From: Verrucomicrobiota bacterium
GTDB lineage: Bacteria; Verrucomicrobiota; Kiritimatiellia; CAIQIC01; JAGNIJ01
Direction of reading: 5' to 3'
Assembly (NCBI GenBank): GCA_043803015.1
Contig: JAZDKK010000026.1
Location: 20,707-84,706 of the forward strand
Length of the DNA: 64,000 bases
In this document: positions 40,080 through 48,504 of the stretch, piece after piece
Layout: every line of letters begins with the position of its first letter
Numbering within the stretch: the first letter of the stretch is position 1
Position numbers and translations under genes: made by a program
The notes under the pieces: generated by a model
Seen by the model: the letters and a program-made list of their open reading frames with translations, nothing else
Told to the model about the DNA's origin: nothing
Databases searched by the model: none

Positions 40080-40161
40080 CAGTGTTCGGTGTTCAGTGTT
40101 CGGTGTTCGGTCTCGGAAGCAATGCTATCCACCGAATACTGAAAACCGAACACTGAACACT
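40080..40161. repeat. Inverted heptamer-array hairpin (RGTGTTC)4...(GAACACY)n, likely a bidirectional terminator
   Basis: CAGTGTTCGGTGTTCAGTGTTCGGTGTTCGG against CCGAATACTGAAAACCGAACACTGAACACT, between convergent stop codons. Confidence 0.8.
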
Positions 40162-40166
40162 TCTTC

Positions 40167-40901
40167 CTACTCGTCCACCAGGTCGATGAGGTCCCTGACC
40201 GAGTCATTCGACTCTTTCTGAGGCCTGGACTCGGGTTGGCGTTCCGGTTGCGGCTCCGGCTGCGGCTCTGCTTGGGCGGGTGCGCCTTCCTGAACCGGCA
40301 GAGGCGCCTCCTCGGCAGAACCCGGACGCTCGCCCCGGTCTCCGCGGTCATCCCGGTCGCCCCGGTCGCCGCGGTCGCGCCGGTCGCCGCGGTCGCCACG
40401 ACCGCCTCGGCGTCCGCGCCGTCTCGACGGACCACGGTCACCGCCACCGCCCTCTCCTCTCCCACCGCCGTTCTCCATCGCTCTCCGGAACGTGGCTGGC
40501 TTCATGACCCCGCCGCCGATCTCAAGGACCCTCTTCTCCACTTGCGGGTTCGAGGTGATCACGGTGACCTGCCGGCTCCGGACCTCGTGCTTGAGCAGGC
40601 TGACCAAGAGGTCCTGCAGGGCGGCCACCTTCTCCGCAAAGTAGACGGACACGGCCCCGTAGGTCTCTCCGTTGGCGACCTCGCGCAGGGGGCGTCCCTC
40701 GAAGACCGCCTGGATGCGGAGGTGCTCCTTCTCGGCGAACTGCGAGAGCTGCTGGAGAACGCTGATCTGGTCGCGCGGCCCCAGCCGGTCGTTCCTGCCG
40801 CTCAGCAACGGCGCCGCGTCCACGATGTAGAGGCGCTTGGATCGGCTGCCGCCGGGGCCGCCGCCTGAAAACAGCGCCTTGATTCTGTCGAAGAGGCTCA
40901 T
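40167..40901 (-). CDS. NYN/PIN (YacP)-like domain with an Arg/Gly/Asp low-complexity tail
   Basis: YIVDA...AVFEG...V.F...VITSN...G..M...F pattern, then RRRGRRGGRGDRGDRRDRGDRGDRDDRGDRG. Start placed at MSLFDRIK. Confidence 0.65.
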   Translation of the reverse strand: MSLFDRIKALFSGGGPGGSRSKRLYIVDAAPLLSGRNDRLGPRDQISVLQQLSQFAEKEHLRIQAVFEGRPLREVANGETYGAVSVYFAEKVAALQDLLVSLLKHEVRSRQVTVITSNPQVEKRVLEIGGGVMKPATFRRAMENGGGRGEGGGGDRGPSRRRGRRGGRGDRGDRRDRGDRGDRDDRGDRGERPGSAEEAPLPVQEGAPAQAEPQPEPQPERQPESRPQKESNDSVRDLIDLVDE

Positions 40902-41153
40902 GAATACTCCTGTTCCCTGGGCCACGCTGGCCCAAAACAAGCCCCGCACCTTACCTGAGGGGAGAGGCAACTGCAAGGGTGGAGTTACCGGCCCTTCTGG
41001 CGGCTCCGGGTGGATCGCGTTGCCCTCAACGCGATCGAGCGCGCCTTGGGGGCAGGGCGCGCCACCCCGGCCCGCGCGAGCGCGGGCCCTACACGGCGTT
41101 GGTTGACGGAGGCGCCTTGAATCGCTAAGGTCTGCACCTTTTACGGGCCAACC

Positions 41154-41897
41154 ATGTCCGAGCAGAGCCGCTATACAATTCATTGCCCGAAGTGCCGGCA
41201 CCCGCAGTCGGTGGAGCTGTACGAGTCCATCAACGTGCAGTCGGCCCCGGATCTCAAGGAGAAGCTGATGGCCAATCAGGTCAACCTGGTGGTCTGCGGG
41301 CAGTGCGGCCTCTCCTTCCGCGTGGACAAGTCGCTCCTCTACCACGACCCCGCCCGCCGGGTCATGATCTACCTGCTCCCGCTCGGCGAGGCGGCCTTCG
41401 AAGCGGGCGAGCAGGAGTTCTCCGACCTCCTGCGCCGCCTGAACGGGGTGTTGCCGGAAGGCGTCCAGGCGCCCGAGGTCTGCCTGGTTTTCAGCCGCGT
41501 CGAGCTCATCGAGCGCATCTTCCTCTTCGACGCCGGGCTCAACGAGCGCGTGATCGAGTACATCAAGTACATGATCTACACGCGGAACCTGGCCAAGGTC
41601 ACCCCGGCCGAGAAAGCCCTGCTGTTCGACGCCCAGGATTCCACGCCGGAGAACCTGCGCTTCGTCGTGCAGGATGTGAAGACCCGGAAACTGGAGGCGG
41701 TGCTGGACTACGAGCGGAAGGCCTACACGGCGTTGTGCGAGATGTTCGACCGCGACAGCCAGACCCCGACGCTCCTGGAGCTGTTCCCCGGCCCGCACGT
41801 CAGCGCGCGGGCGCTGCTTCTGCGGGAGGCGCGGACACCGCCGGCAGCGGGGAAACCGCCAGCGGGAGAGAAAAAGAAGCCGGCGGGTTCGTCGTAG
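41154..41897 (+). CDS. CpXC domain protein
   Basis: CPKC...INV...PDLKE......CGQCG......LLYHDP. Confidence 0.85.
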   Translation: MSEQSRYTIHCPKCRHPQSVELYESINVQSAPDLKEKLMANQVNLVVCGQCGLSFRVDKSLLYHDPARRVMIYLLPLGEAAFEAGEQEFSDLLRRLNGVLPEGVQAPEVCLVFSRVELIERIFLFDAGLNERVIEYIKYMIYTRNLAKVTPAEKALLFDAQDSTPENLRFVVQDVKTRKLEAVLDYERKAYTALCEMFDRDSQTPTLLELFPGPHVSARALLLREARTPPAAGKPPAGEKKKPAGSS

Positions 41898-42594
41898 CCG
41901 AAGGGGCCGGCGTTTCTTTCTTCTTCGGGTTCTTCTGGGCCCGCATTTCCTTGTCCACGAACAGCAGGGCGTTCTCGGCCAGGGGCGCCCAGCGGCTCGT
42001 GGCGTGCGCGGCTATGAACTCCTCGTAGACCGCCTTGGCCTCCTGGAACCGGCCCTGCTGCGCGTAGCAGCGCGCCTTCCCGAGGAAGGCCAGCGGCGCG
42101 AGGTAGTGATTCGTGTACGCGTTCGCAAACGCGTCGAAGGCCGCGATCGCGCCGTCCCACTGTTCCGTGGCTTCCAGGCACTGCGCCTTGCCCAGCTCGG
42201 CGGCCTGCCGCATCGGATGCGCCGGGTACTTCGAGATGAACTGGTCGTAGGTGAAACGGGCCACATCGTACTGGCCGGCATCGAAGTAGGCCGCGGCCAG
42301 CGTCATCTGGGCGACGGGAGCGGACGGCGCCGAGGGATACTGGCTGATGACCTGCTGGAGCTGCTCCGGGCTGCGGGCGTTGAGCAGCATCTGCGACGCG
42401 CGCATGGAGATGGACTGCCTGTAGTTCTTGTACGCGCCGATCCCGAGGACGAGCGCCACCGCGACGCCGACGCCGATGATGACCGACTGGCCGTGCTGCT
42501 TCAGCTGGGCGAGCAGCTTCTGGGTCTCCGTCTGTTCGGCCGGCTTGGTCTCCGCCGGTGTCGTCTGCCCCCGAAGTTCTGGTTCTTCCGCCAT
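41800..42594 (-). CDS. Membrane-anchored TPR protein (YfgM-like)
   Basis: One TM segment then repeated TPR helices (LAAAYF..G.YD.A...Y..F...YP.H). Confidence 0.8.
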   Translation of the reverse strand: MAEEPELRGQTTPAETKPAEQTETQKLLAQLKQHGQSVIIGVGVAVALVLGIGAYKNYRQSISMRASQMLLNARSPEQLQQVISQYPSAPSAPVAQMTLAAAYFDAGQYDVARFTYDQFISKYPAHPMRQAAELGKAQCLEATEQWDGAIAAFDAFANAYTNHYLAPLAFLGKARCYAQQGRFQEAKAVYEEFIAAHATSRWAPLAENALLFVDKEMRAQKNPKKKETPAPSATTNPPASFSLPLAVSPLPAVSAPPAEAAPAR

Positions 42595-42668
42595 GTGTTT
42601 CGCTGTCCTTTTCGCCGATCGGTTGCGTATTTATGGCGTTGCCGCGGGGGAAACGCAAGTCCTGCGTT

Positions 42669-42753
42669 GTAGGGGCGCTTGTGCTTGCCTCGGCGAAGCT
42701 CGGAGAGCGAAGCCGGGTCAAGCGCCCTGGGCGCTTCGCAGAAGCGCCCCTAC
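42669..42753. repeat. GTAG REP doublet with a nested GAAGC hairpin
   Basis: GTAGGGGCGCTT...AAGCGCCC...GGGCGCTT...AAGCGCCCCTAC; a variant of the 36-bp unit at about 42683-42717 sits in the first loop. Confidence 0.7.
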
Positions 42754-43304
42754 AACGACGGCGTCGCAGGGGTCCCGCCGGCGTCCTCCTTGACCGCCTG
42801 CTGGTAGATCTCGACCACGCGCGCGGCGGCCGATTCGGGGCTCAGGTGCGTCGTGTCGATCTGAAGCGGGATGGCCTCGTACAGGGGCTTGCGCGCTTCC
42901 AGCAATTCCAGAAGCTTGCGCGCCTTGTCGCCGCCTTCGAGCAGCGGGCGGTGGCTCTCGCTGCGCACGCGCTGGAGAATGGCGGTCGGGGAGGCCTTGA
43001 GGCAGATGACGACGCCGGTCCTGCCGAAGTCACGGATGTTGTCGGGGTTGAGCACCACGCCGCCGCCGGCGGTGATGACCAGGTTCTTCCTGGCGCTGAG
43101 TTCAACGACCAGTTGTCTTTCGAGTTCGCGGAAGCGGGTCTCGCCGTCGCGGGCGAAGATCTCCATGATCTTCCGGCCCGCCCGCCCCTCGATCATGGTG
43201 TCCATGTCGACCATCGAGCGTTCGAGCCGCAACGCCACGAGGCGCCCCGTCGCCGTCTTGCCCGTCCCCATGAAACCGACGAGCACGATGTTGGTCTTGT
43301 TCAC
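42750..43304 (-). CDS. aroK: Shikimate kinase
   Basis: VLVGFMGTGKT, D.D..IE, GE..FRELE, TAGGG, RPLL, R...Y. Confidence 0.95.
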   Translation of the reverse strand: MNKTNIVLVGFMGTGKTATGRLVALRLERSMVDMDTMIEGRAGRKIMEIFARDGETRFRELERQLVVELSARKNLVITAGGGVVLNPDNIRDFGRTGVVICLKASPTAILQRVRSESHRPLLEGGDKARKLLELLEARKPLYEAIPLQIDTTHLSPESAAARVVEIYQQAVKEDAGGTPATPSL

Positions 43305-43333
43305 CCACCCCCCCGTTCCCCGCCCCGCCCCAT

Positions 43334-43375
43334 CAAAAAAGGGGGTCTCCCTTTCGTAAAGGCGGAACCCCCTCC
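43334..43375 (-). terminator. Intrinsic terminator downstream of the csp gene
   Basis: Minus strand GGGGTTCC-GCCTTT...AAAGG-GAGACCCC followed by TTTTTT. Confidence 0.6.
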
Positions 43376-43408
43376 TGATTCACCACGGTGTTTCGATCGC
43401 GCGGACTG

Positions 43409-43630
43409 CTACTGAACCTGGGACTCCGTCAGGCGCACCACATCGCGCGCCCGGGCTCCCTTGGGATCCTGGAAAATCTCGAATTGTACCTTGTCGCCTT
43501 CGCTCAACGTCTTGAACCCGTCCGCGAGAATAGCGGAGTAGTGCACGAACACGTCCTGATTCATCCCGTCGGGCACGATAAAACCATACCCCTTCTTCTC
43601 GTTGAACCACTTGACGGTACCTTGGGCCAT
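43409..43630 (-). CDS. cspA: Cold-shock protein
   Basis: [15 protein letters not shown] (RNP1), VFVHYSAI (RNP2). Confidence 0.95.
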   Translation of the reverse strand: MAQGTVKWFNEKKGYGFIVPDGMNQDVFVHYSAILADGFKTLSEGDKVQFEIFQDPKGARARDVVRLTESQVQ

Positions 43631-43737
43631 ACGGATAACCTCCCGTTACTGATTGGCTGTATTCTTGCGTCTGGCCAGTGAATTACAAGTGGAATATTTG
43701 AATTTTCTGTACTTTTTGTAACCCCCGCGGGACCCCG

Positions 43738-44565
43738 TCAGAGGACCCCCCCGGACGCCCAGCCGACATACGCATCCCACCACCCCTTGCCCCAGAGAAT
43801 CCAGATGACCGCGGCGACCGCCAGGTAGGGCCCATAGGGCACCCGGCTCTGCCACTGTTTCCTCCGCGCCAGCACCAAGGCCCCGCTCAGAGCCGACCCC
43901 AGCACGGAGGAAAGCATGACGGTGAACAATACCGCCCGCCATCCCAGCAGGGCCCCGAGACCCCCCAGCAGCTTCACGTCGCCCATGCCCATGGCGTCCT
44001 TCTTGAAGACCCATTTCCCCACTATCGCCACCGCCCAGAGCAGGCCGGCACCCGCCGCCGCGCCGATCAGCGCCGCCACGAGACCGCCAAGCCACGTCGA
44101 CTCACCATGGAGCGAGGGCACCAGCGGGCTCAGCACGAGACCCGCCACGATTCCGCCCAGCGTCACGCGGTCCGGGATGATCATGTACTCAAGGTCCACG
44201 AAGGTGCCGAGCGCCAGGCCCGAGACCACCATCCAGTAGATCGGCGTCCTCGCGTCCACGCCGTACTGGATCCAGACGAGAAGAAACAGGACGCCCACCA
44301 GCCCCTCCACGAGGAAGTACCGGATCGAGATCGTCCCGCCGCAGTGCCGGCACCGGGCCCGGAGCAACACGTAGCTCAAAAGCGGGATGTTGTCGTACCA
44401 CGCGATCATCTTCCCGCAGTGCGGACAATGCGACCGCGGCGCCACCACCGACTCCTCGCGCGGGATGCGGTAAATGCATACGTTGAGGAAACTTCCGACG
44501 CAGCAGCCGAGGACGAAGACCACGAAGCTGAAGTAGCCGTAGAGGAAAGGGAAGACGTCCATCAT
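43738..44565 (-). CDS. pilD: Prepilin peptidase/N-methyltransferase
   Basis: GSFLNVCIYRIP, SHCPHC...NIP..SY..LR.RCRHC, DLE..IIPD, MGMGDVKL, PYGPYL. Confidence 0.95.
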   Translation of the reverse strand: MMDVFPFLYGYFSFVVFVLGCCVGSFLNVCIYRIPREESVVAPRSHCPHCGKMIAWYDNIPLLSYVLLRARCRHCGGTISIRYFLVEGLVGVLFLLVWIQYGVDARTPIYWMVVSGLALGTFVDLEYMIIPDRVTLGGIVAGLVLSPLVPSLHGESTWLGGLVAALIGAAAGAGLLWAVAIVGKWVFKKDAMGMGDVKLLGGLGALLGWRAVLFTVMLSSVLGSALSGALVLARRKQWQSRVPYGPYLAVAAVIWILWGKGWWDAYVGWASGGVL

Positions 44566-45419
44566 TTGCCGTACACCGCCTTCTCCAGCGCCTTGCGCAT
44601 GACCTCCGACGGCGGTTTGGCCCCGGTCCAGATCTCGAAGGCCCTGACGCCCTGGTAGAGGAGCATCCCGAGCCCGTTGGCGGTCCGTGCGCCGACGGCC
44701 TTCGCGGACTTCATCAGGGGGGTCTCCGGGTGCAGGTACACCAGGTCAAACACGAGCTGGCCGCGGCGGAACGCCGCGGAACCGATCGGCGGGGCGTCGT
44801 CCTGCTTCATGCCCAGCGGCGTGGCCTGCACCACGAGGTCCGCCGCGCGCGCGCCGCGCTCCCAGTCGTCCGAAACCTCGGCCATGCTCACCTCGGTGAA
44901 GAACTGCGTGTCGATCTCCATCAGCACCTTCCTCGCCCTCACCCTGTCCGTGTCCGCCAGCATGATCGACCGCGCGCCCGAGCCGGCGCAGGTCACGGCC
45001 ACCGCGCGCCCCGCCCCGCCCACGCCGCAGACGAAGACCGACTTGCCGGCCACCGGCTCGCCGAAGGCCTCCTCGACCGCGCGCAGGAAGCCGTCGCCGT
45101 CCGTGTTGTAGCCGATCATCCCGTCCGGCGTGAACTTGACGGTGTTCACCGCGCCGAGCAGCTGCGCGGACTCGTCGAGCCGCGTCATGAGCTTGCACGC
45201 GGTTTCCTTCAGCGGCACCGTGATGTTCGCGCCGCCAAATCCCATCGCCCTCATGCCGGCCAGGACCTCGGGCAGGCGCTCCGGGGGAACATCGAAGGCC
45301 ACGTAGACCGCATCCATTTCGAGGGCCTCGAACGCCGCATTGTGCATGACGGGCGACAGCGTATGCCCGACCGGGTGGCCGAGGATCGCGAAGGTCTTGG
45401 TGTGTCCGCCGATTTTCAT
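44562..45419 (-). CDS. aroE: Shikimate dehydrogenase
   Basis: PVGHTLSP.MHN, GANITVPLK, GAVNT, GYNTDG.GF, GVGGAG, ATPLG, DLVY, NGLGML.YQ. Confidence 0.95.
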   Translation of the reverse strand: MKIGGHTKTFAILGHPVGHTLSPVMHNAAFEALEMDAVYVAFDVPPERLPEVLAGMRAMGFGGANITVPLKETACKLMTRLDESAQLLGAVNTVKFTPDGMIGYNTDGDGFLRAVEEAFGEPVAGKSVFVCGVGGAGRAVAVTCAGSGARSIMLADTDRVRARKVLMEIDTQFFTEVSMAEVSDDWERGARAADLVVQATPLGMKQDDAPPIGSAAFRRGQLVFDLVYLHPETPLMKSAKAVGARTANGLGMLLYQGVRAFEIWTGAKPPSEVMRKALEKAVYGK

Positions 45420-45426
45420 GTTTTCG

Positions 45427-45522
45427 ATCCCACGGGCTTGCCCCGTGGAGGGTCAGGCCGCTTGACGGCGACCCCGTCGCTGGTCCTCCAACCTAAGCAT
45501 CCACGGGACAAGCCCGTGGGAT
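45427..45522. repeat. Inverted pair of 23-bp palindromic REP-like units
   Basis: ATCCCACGGGCTTGCCCCGTGGA (45427-45449) and TCCACGGGACAAGCCCGTGGGAT (45500-45522); 22/23 complementary. Confidence 0.8.
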
Positions 45523-45600
45523 TCCGATGCTTGGAAAGTCTCAGCTAGATTTTTCCAATCCTTGGAACATTAAGCCAGAACATTTCCAATGTTTGGAGAA
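45522..45600. repeat. Three TTCCAA-N3-TTGGAA palindromes at 31-bp spacing
   Basis: Starts at 45522 (TTCCGA-TGC-TTGGAA), 45553 (TTCCAA-TCC-TTGGAA) and 45584 (TTCCAA-TGT-TTGGAG). Confidence 0.88.
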
Positions 45601-45697
45601 ACCGGTGCGGCCAGCCGGGTCACCTCCTTTTCTGCGTGACTGCCGGCTCCCGCCGCCAGATACTTCCCCCGTACCAACCACAACCAGGGAGGCCACC

Positions 45698-47614
45698 ATG
45701 CGCCAAGGGATTCTTGCCGTCCTTCTCGCCATCTCGTTCGCCTGCAGCGCCTTCGGGCAGGGTGACCTGACCCCGCCGGGGGCCCCCGCGCCGATGATGA
45801 AGACGCTCCAGCAGGTCGAGCCGCGGACGCCGATCACGAACCTGCCGTACACGATCAGCTGGCCCGGCTCGTACTACCTGACCACGAACCTTTGGGGCAT
45901 CGGCGGCTCTCACGGGATCGACATCGAGAGCGACAACGTCACGATCGACCTGAACGGCTTTGAGCTGGCCGGCATGCCCAGCAGCCTGAGCGGCATCTAC
46001 AACCCAGGCAACCGCAACTTGGCCGTGCGCAATGGCACAGTGCAGGGTTGGGGGCAAAGCGGCATCGACTTCTCCAGCGCGGTGAACTGCGAGGTCCGGG
46101 ACGTGCGCGCCTCGGCCAACGGCTACGTCGGGATATGGCTGGGCAAGGGCTCGCGCATCGCCGGCTGCTCGGCGGGCTACAACGTCTACGGGCTCGCCGT
46201 CAGAGACGGCTCAGCGATCGAGAACAGCGAGGCCGGTTGGAACACGTGGGGGATCTACAGCGAGAACGGCTGCCGGATCGGCGGATGCGTGGCCAACGAG
46301 AACCACTCGGCCGGCATCAGCGTGTGGGGCAAGAGCGTGATCAGCGAGTGCACGGTCTTCGCCAACGGCACCAATGGCATCGAGGGCGGTCTCGGCACGA
46401 TCATCGCCAAGTGCGCTGTGGGGTTCAACCGGGGCGACGGCATCGTGGTCGTGGGCGACTGCCAGGTGCGGGACAACGACTGCCAGGGCAACGGCAAGGA
46501 CGACAGCGACGGCGCGAACATCCATGCCACGGGCGACGGCAACCGGATCGAGGGCAACCACGCGGAAGGCGCCGACCGCGGGCTGGACGTGGACGGCACG
46601 GGCAACTACGTGGCCGACAACACGGTCCGCGGCAACACGGACAACTACGACTTCGTCGCCGGCAACCAGCTGAACCTCCTGCTGGGCGAGGTGCCGGAAA
46701 CGCTGGACTGGCCGTGCTCGGTGAAGTTCGCGGGGACGCTGATCTGTCCCACCGCGTACACCAACGGGATTACCGTGAACGCCGACGATGTCACCATTGA
46801 CATGGCTGGGCATACGCTGGTCGGCCCGGGCGGGACCGACGGGTGCGGCATCTATCAGTCAAGCAACCGCTGCAACTTGCGAGTCGTCAATGGGATGGTG
46901 ACTCATTGGCAGGGGTACCTGGGTCCTGGCATGGCTGGGATCTGGGCTGCGGGGGTGAACAGCCAGTTGGAGAACGTGCAGGCGGCCACGAACTACTACG
47001 GCATAAGGGCCGGAAAGGGAAGCGTTCTCTCCGCCTGCAGCGCCGCGAACAACCTCAACTACGGCATTATCGTAACTGAGGGCGGCACCCTGTCCGGCTG
47101 CGCGGCGTCCGACAACGGCGCGGCCGGTATCCTCACAGGTCAGGGCTCCACCCTGTCCGACTGCGTGGCCTACCGCAACCGCACCCGCGGCATCAGCACG
47201 GGCAGGGCGTGCGGCGTGTCCCGCTGCAACGCCTCGTACAACACGGGGGAGGGCATCAACGCTGACACCAGCTCCCGGGTGTCCGATTGCGTGGCGAACA
47301 ACAACTCCAGCGATGGCATCGAGGTCTCCGGTTCGTGCCACGTGGAAGGCAATTCCTGCCAATGGAACGGCGAGGGCGGCGAGGGCGCCGGGATCCACGC
47401 GACCGGCTCCGGGAACCGGATCGATGGCAACCAACTTCGCCTGAACGATGTCGGATTGGCGGCGGACTCGTCGTACAACCTCGTGGTTCACAACACGGTC
47501 GGGGGAAACACCACCAACTTCGCCATCGCCGCGAACAACGCCACGGGCATTGTCATCTCGGTCACCGGCGGCGGAACGGTCTCCGGCGATCCGTGGGCGA
47601 ATATCGAGTTCTAG
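45698..47614 (+). CDS. Secreted right-handed parallel beta-helix repeat protein with two tandem modules
   Basis: Signal peptide; QGDLTPPGAP..TL..VEPRTPI; each module opens with ..VTID[LM].G..L.G; many N...GI repeats; ends PWANIEF. Confidence 0.85.
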   Translation: MRQGILAVLLAISFACSAFGQGDLTPPGAPAPMMKTLQQVEPRTPITNLPYTISWPGSYYLTTNLWGIGGSHGIDIESDNVTIDLNGFELAGMPSSLSGIYNPGNRNLAVRNGTVQGWGQSGIDFSSAVNCEVRDVRASANGYVGIWLGKGSRIAGCSAGYNVYGLAVRDGSAIENSEAGWNTWGIYSENGCRIGGCVANENHSAGISVWGKSVISECTVFANGTNGIEGGLGTIIAKCAVGFNRGDGIVVVGDCQVRDNDCQGNGKDDSDGANIHATGDGNRIEGNHAEGADRGLDVDGTGNYVADNTVRGNTDNYDFVAGNQLNLLLGEVPETLDWPCSVKFAGTLICPTAYTNGITVNADDVTIDMAGHTLVGPGGTDGCGIYQSSNRCNLRVVNGMVTHWQGYLGPGMAGIWAAGVNSQLENVQAATNYYGIRAGKGSVLSACSAANNLNYGIIVTEGGTLSGCAASDNGAAGILTGQGSTLSDCVAYRNRTRGISTGRACGVSRCNASYNTGEGINADTSSRVSDCVANNNSSDGIEVSGSCHVEGNSCQWNGEGGEGAGIHATGSGNRIDGNQLRLNDVGLAADSSYNLVVHNTVGGNTTNFAIAANNATGIVISVTGGGTVSGDPWANIEF

Positions 47615-47622
47615 GAGAAACC

Positions 47623-48492
47623 ATGAGGACCCGTCTGCTCGTCCTGCTGGCCATAGCCCTCGCCGTTTCGGCGCGGGCGGAGTCGACGATCAACGCGGCC
47701 AACAAGTACGCTTACGGCGCGAACGTGGGGTGGATCAACGCCCGCGCCGACATCACCAATGGCGCGGTGATCGGCGAGTACGCCTGCGCCGGCTACCTGT
47801 ACGGCGCCAACATCGGCTGGATCCATCTCGGCAACGGCACGCCTACCAACGGCATCCGCTACGGCAACGAGTCCGGGGACGACTGGGGCGTCAACCACGA
47901 CGGCTTGGGCCAGCTGTCCGGCTGCGCCTACGGGGCGAACGTGGGCTGGATCGTTTTCGAGCAGACCTACGGCCAGCCCAAGGTGAGCCTTCTCACGGGC
48001 ATCCTGAGCGGCTCGGCCTACGGCGCCAACATCGGGTGGATCAGCCTCAGCAACGCGCAGGCGTTCGTGGAAACGGACGCCCTGCGCGACACCGATTCGG
48101 ACGGCGACGGCATTCCGGATCCCTACGAGTACAGGCACACGAACGACTTGGATGTGCTGACCGCCACGGGCGACTTCGATCACGACGGCGTGCCGGACGT
48201 GGACGAGGCCACAGCCGACACCGGCGCGATGTCGTCCAACGACAACCTCCGCGTGACCCAGCTCAACGAGCTGGGCGGCGGCACGACCTCACGCGTGTCC
48301 TGGCTCAGCCGCGAGACGCGGCTCTACTACGTGGAGACGGCCTCCGGAATGTCCAACAGCAGCTCGTGGGCGGACAGCGGCCTCGGCGTGCAGGCGCCCG
48401 ACGCCGGCGACACCACCACGCGCGAGTTTCCAGACACCGCCTCGACGTCCCAGTTCTACCGCGTGAAGGCGGTTAAACCGCCCGCGCTGTAG
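47623..48492 (+). CDS. Secreted protein with four YGAN[IV]GWI repeats and a C-terminal DxDxDG/FYRV module
   Basis: Signal peptide; AYGANVGWI, LYGANIGWI, AYGANVGWI, AYGANIGWI; AGGAG RBS. Confidence 0.82.
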   Translation: MRTRLLVLLAIALAVSARAESTINAANKYAYGANVGWINARADITNGAVIGEYACAGYLYGANIGWIHLGNGTPTNGIRYGNESGDDWGVNHDGLGQLSGCAYGANVGWIVFEQTYGQPKVSLLTGILSGSAYGANIGWISLSNAQAFVETDALRDTDSDGDGIPDPYEYRHTNDLDVLTATGDFDHDGVPDVDEATADTGAMSSNDNLRVTQLNELGGGTTSRVSWLSRETRLYYVETASGMSNSSSWADSGLGVQAPDAGDTTTREFPDTASTSQFYRVKAVKPPAL

Positions 48493-48504
48493 CTTCGACG
48501 TAGC

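Noticed and set aside
45522-45600. TTCCAA palindrome triplets as mini-CRISPR arrays
   Set aside because: 15-bp repeats with 16-bp spacers are too short, and there are no cas genes or leader.
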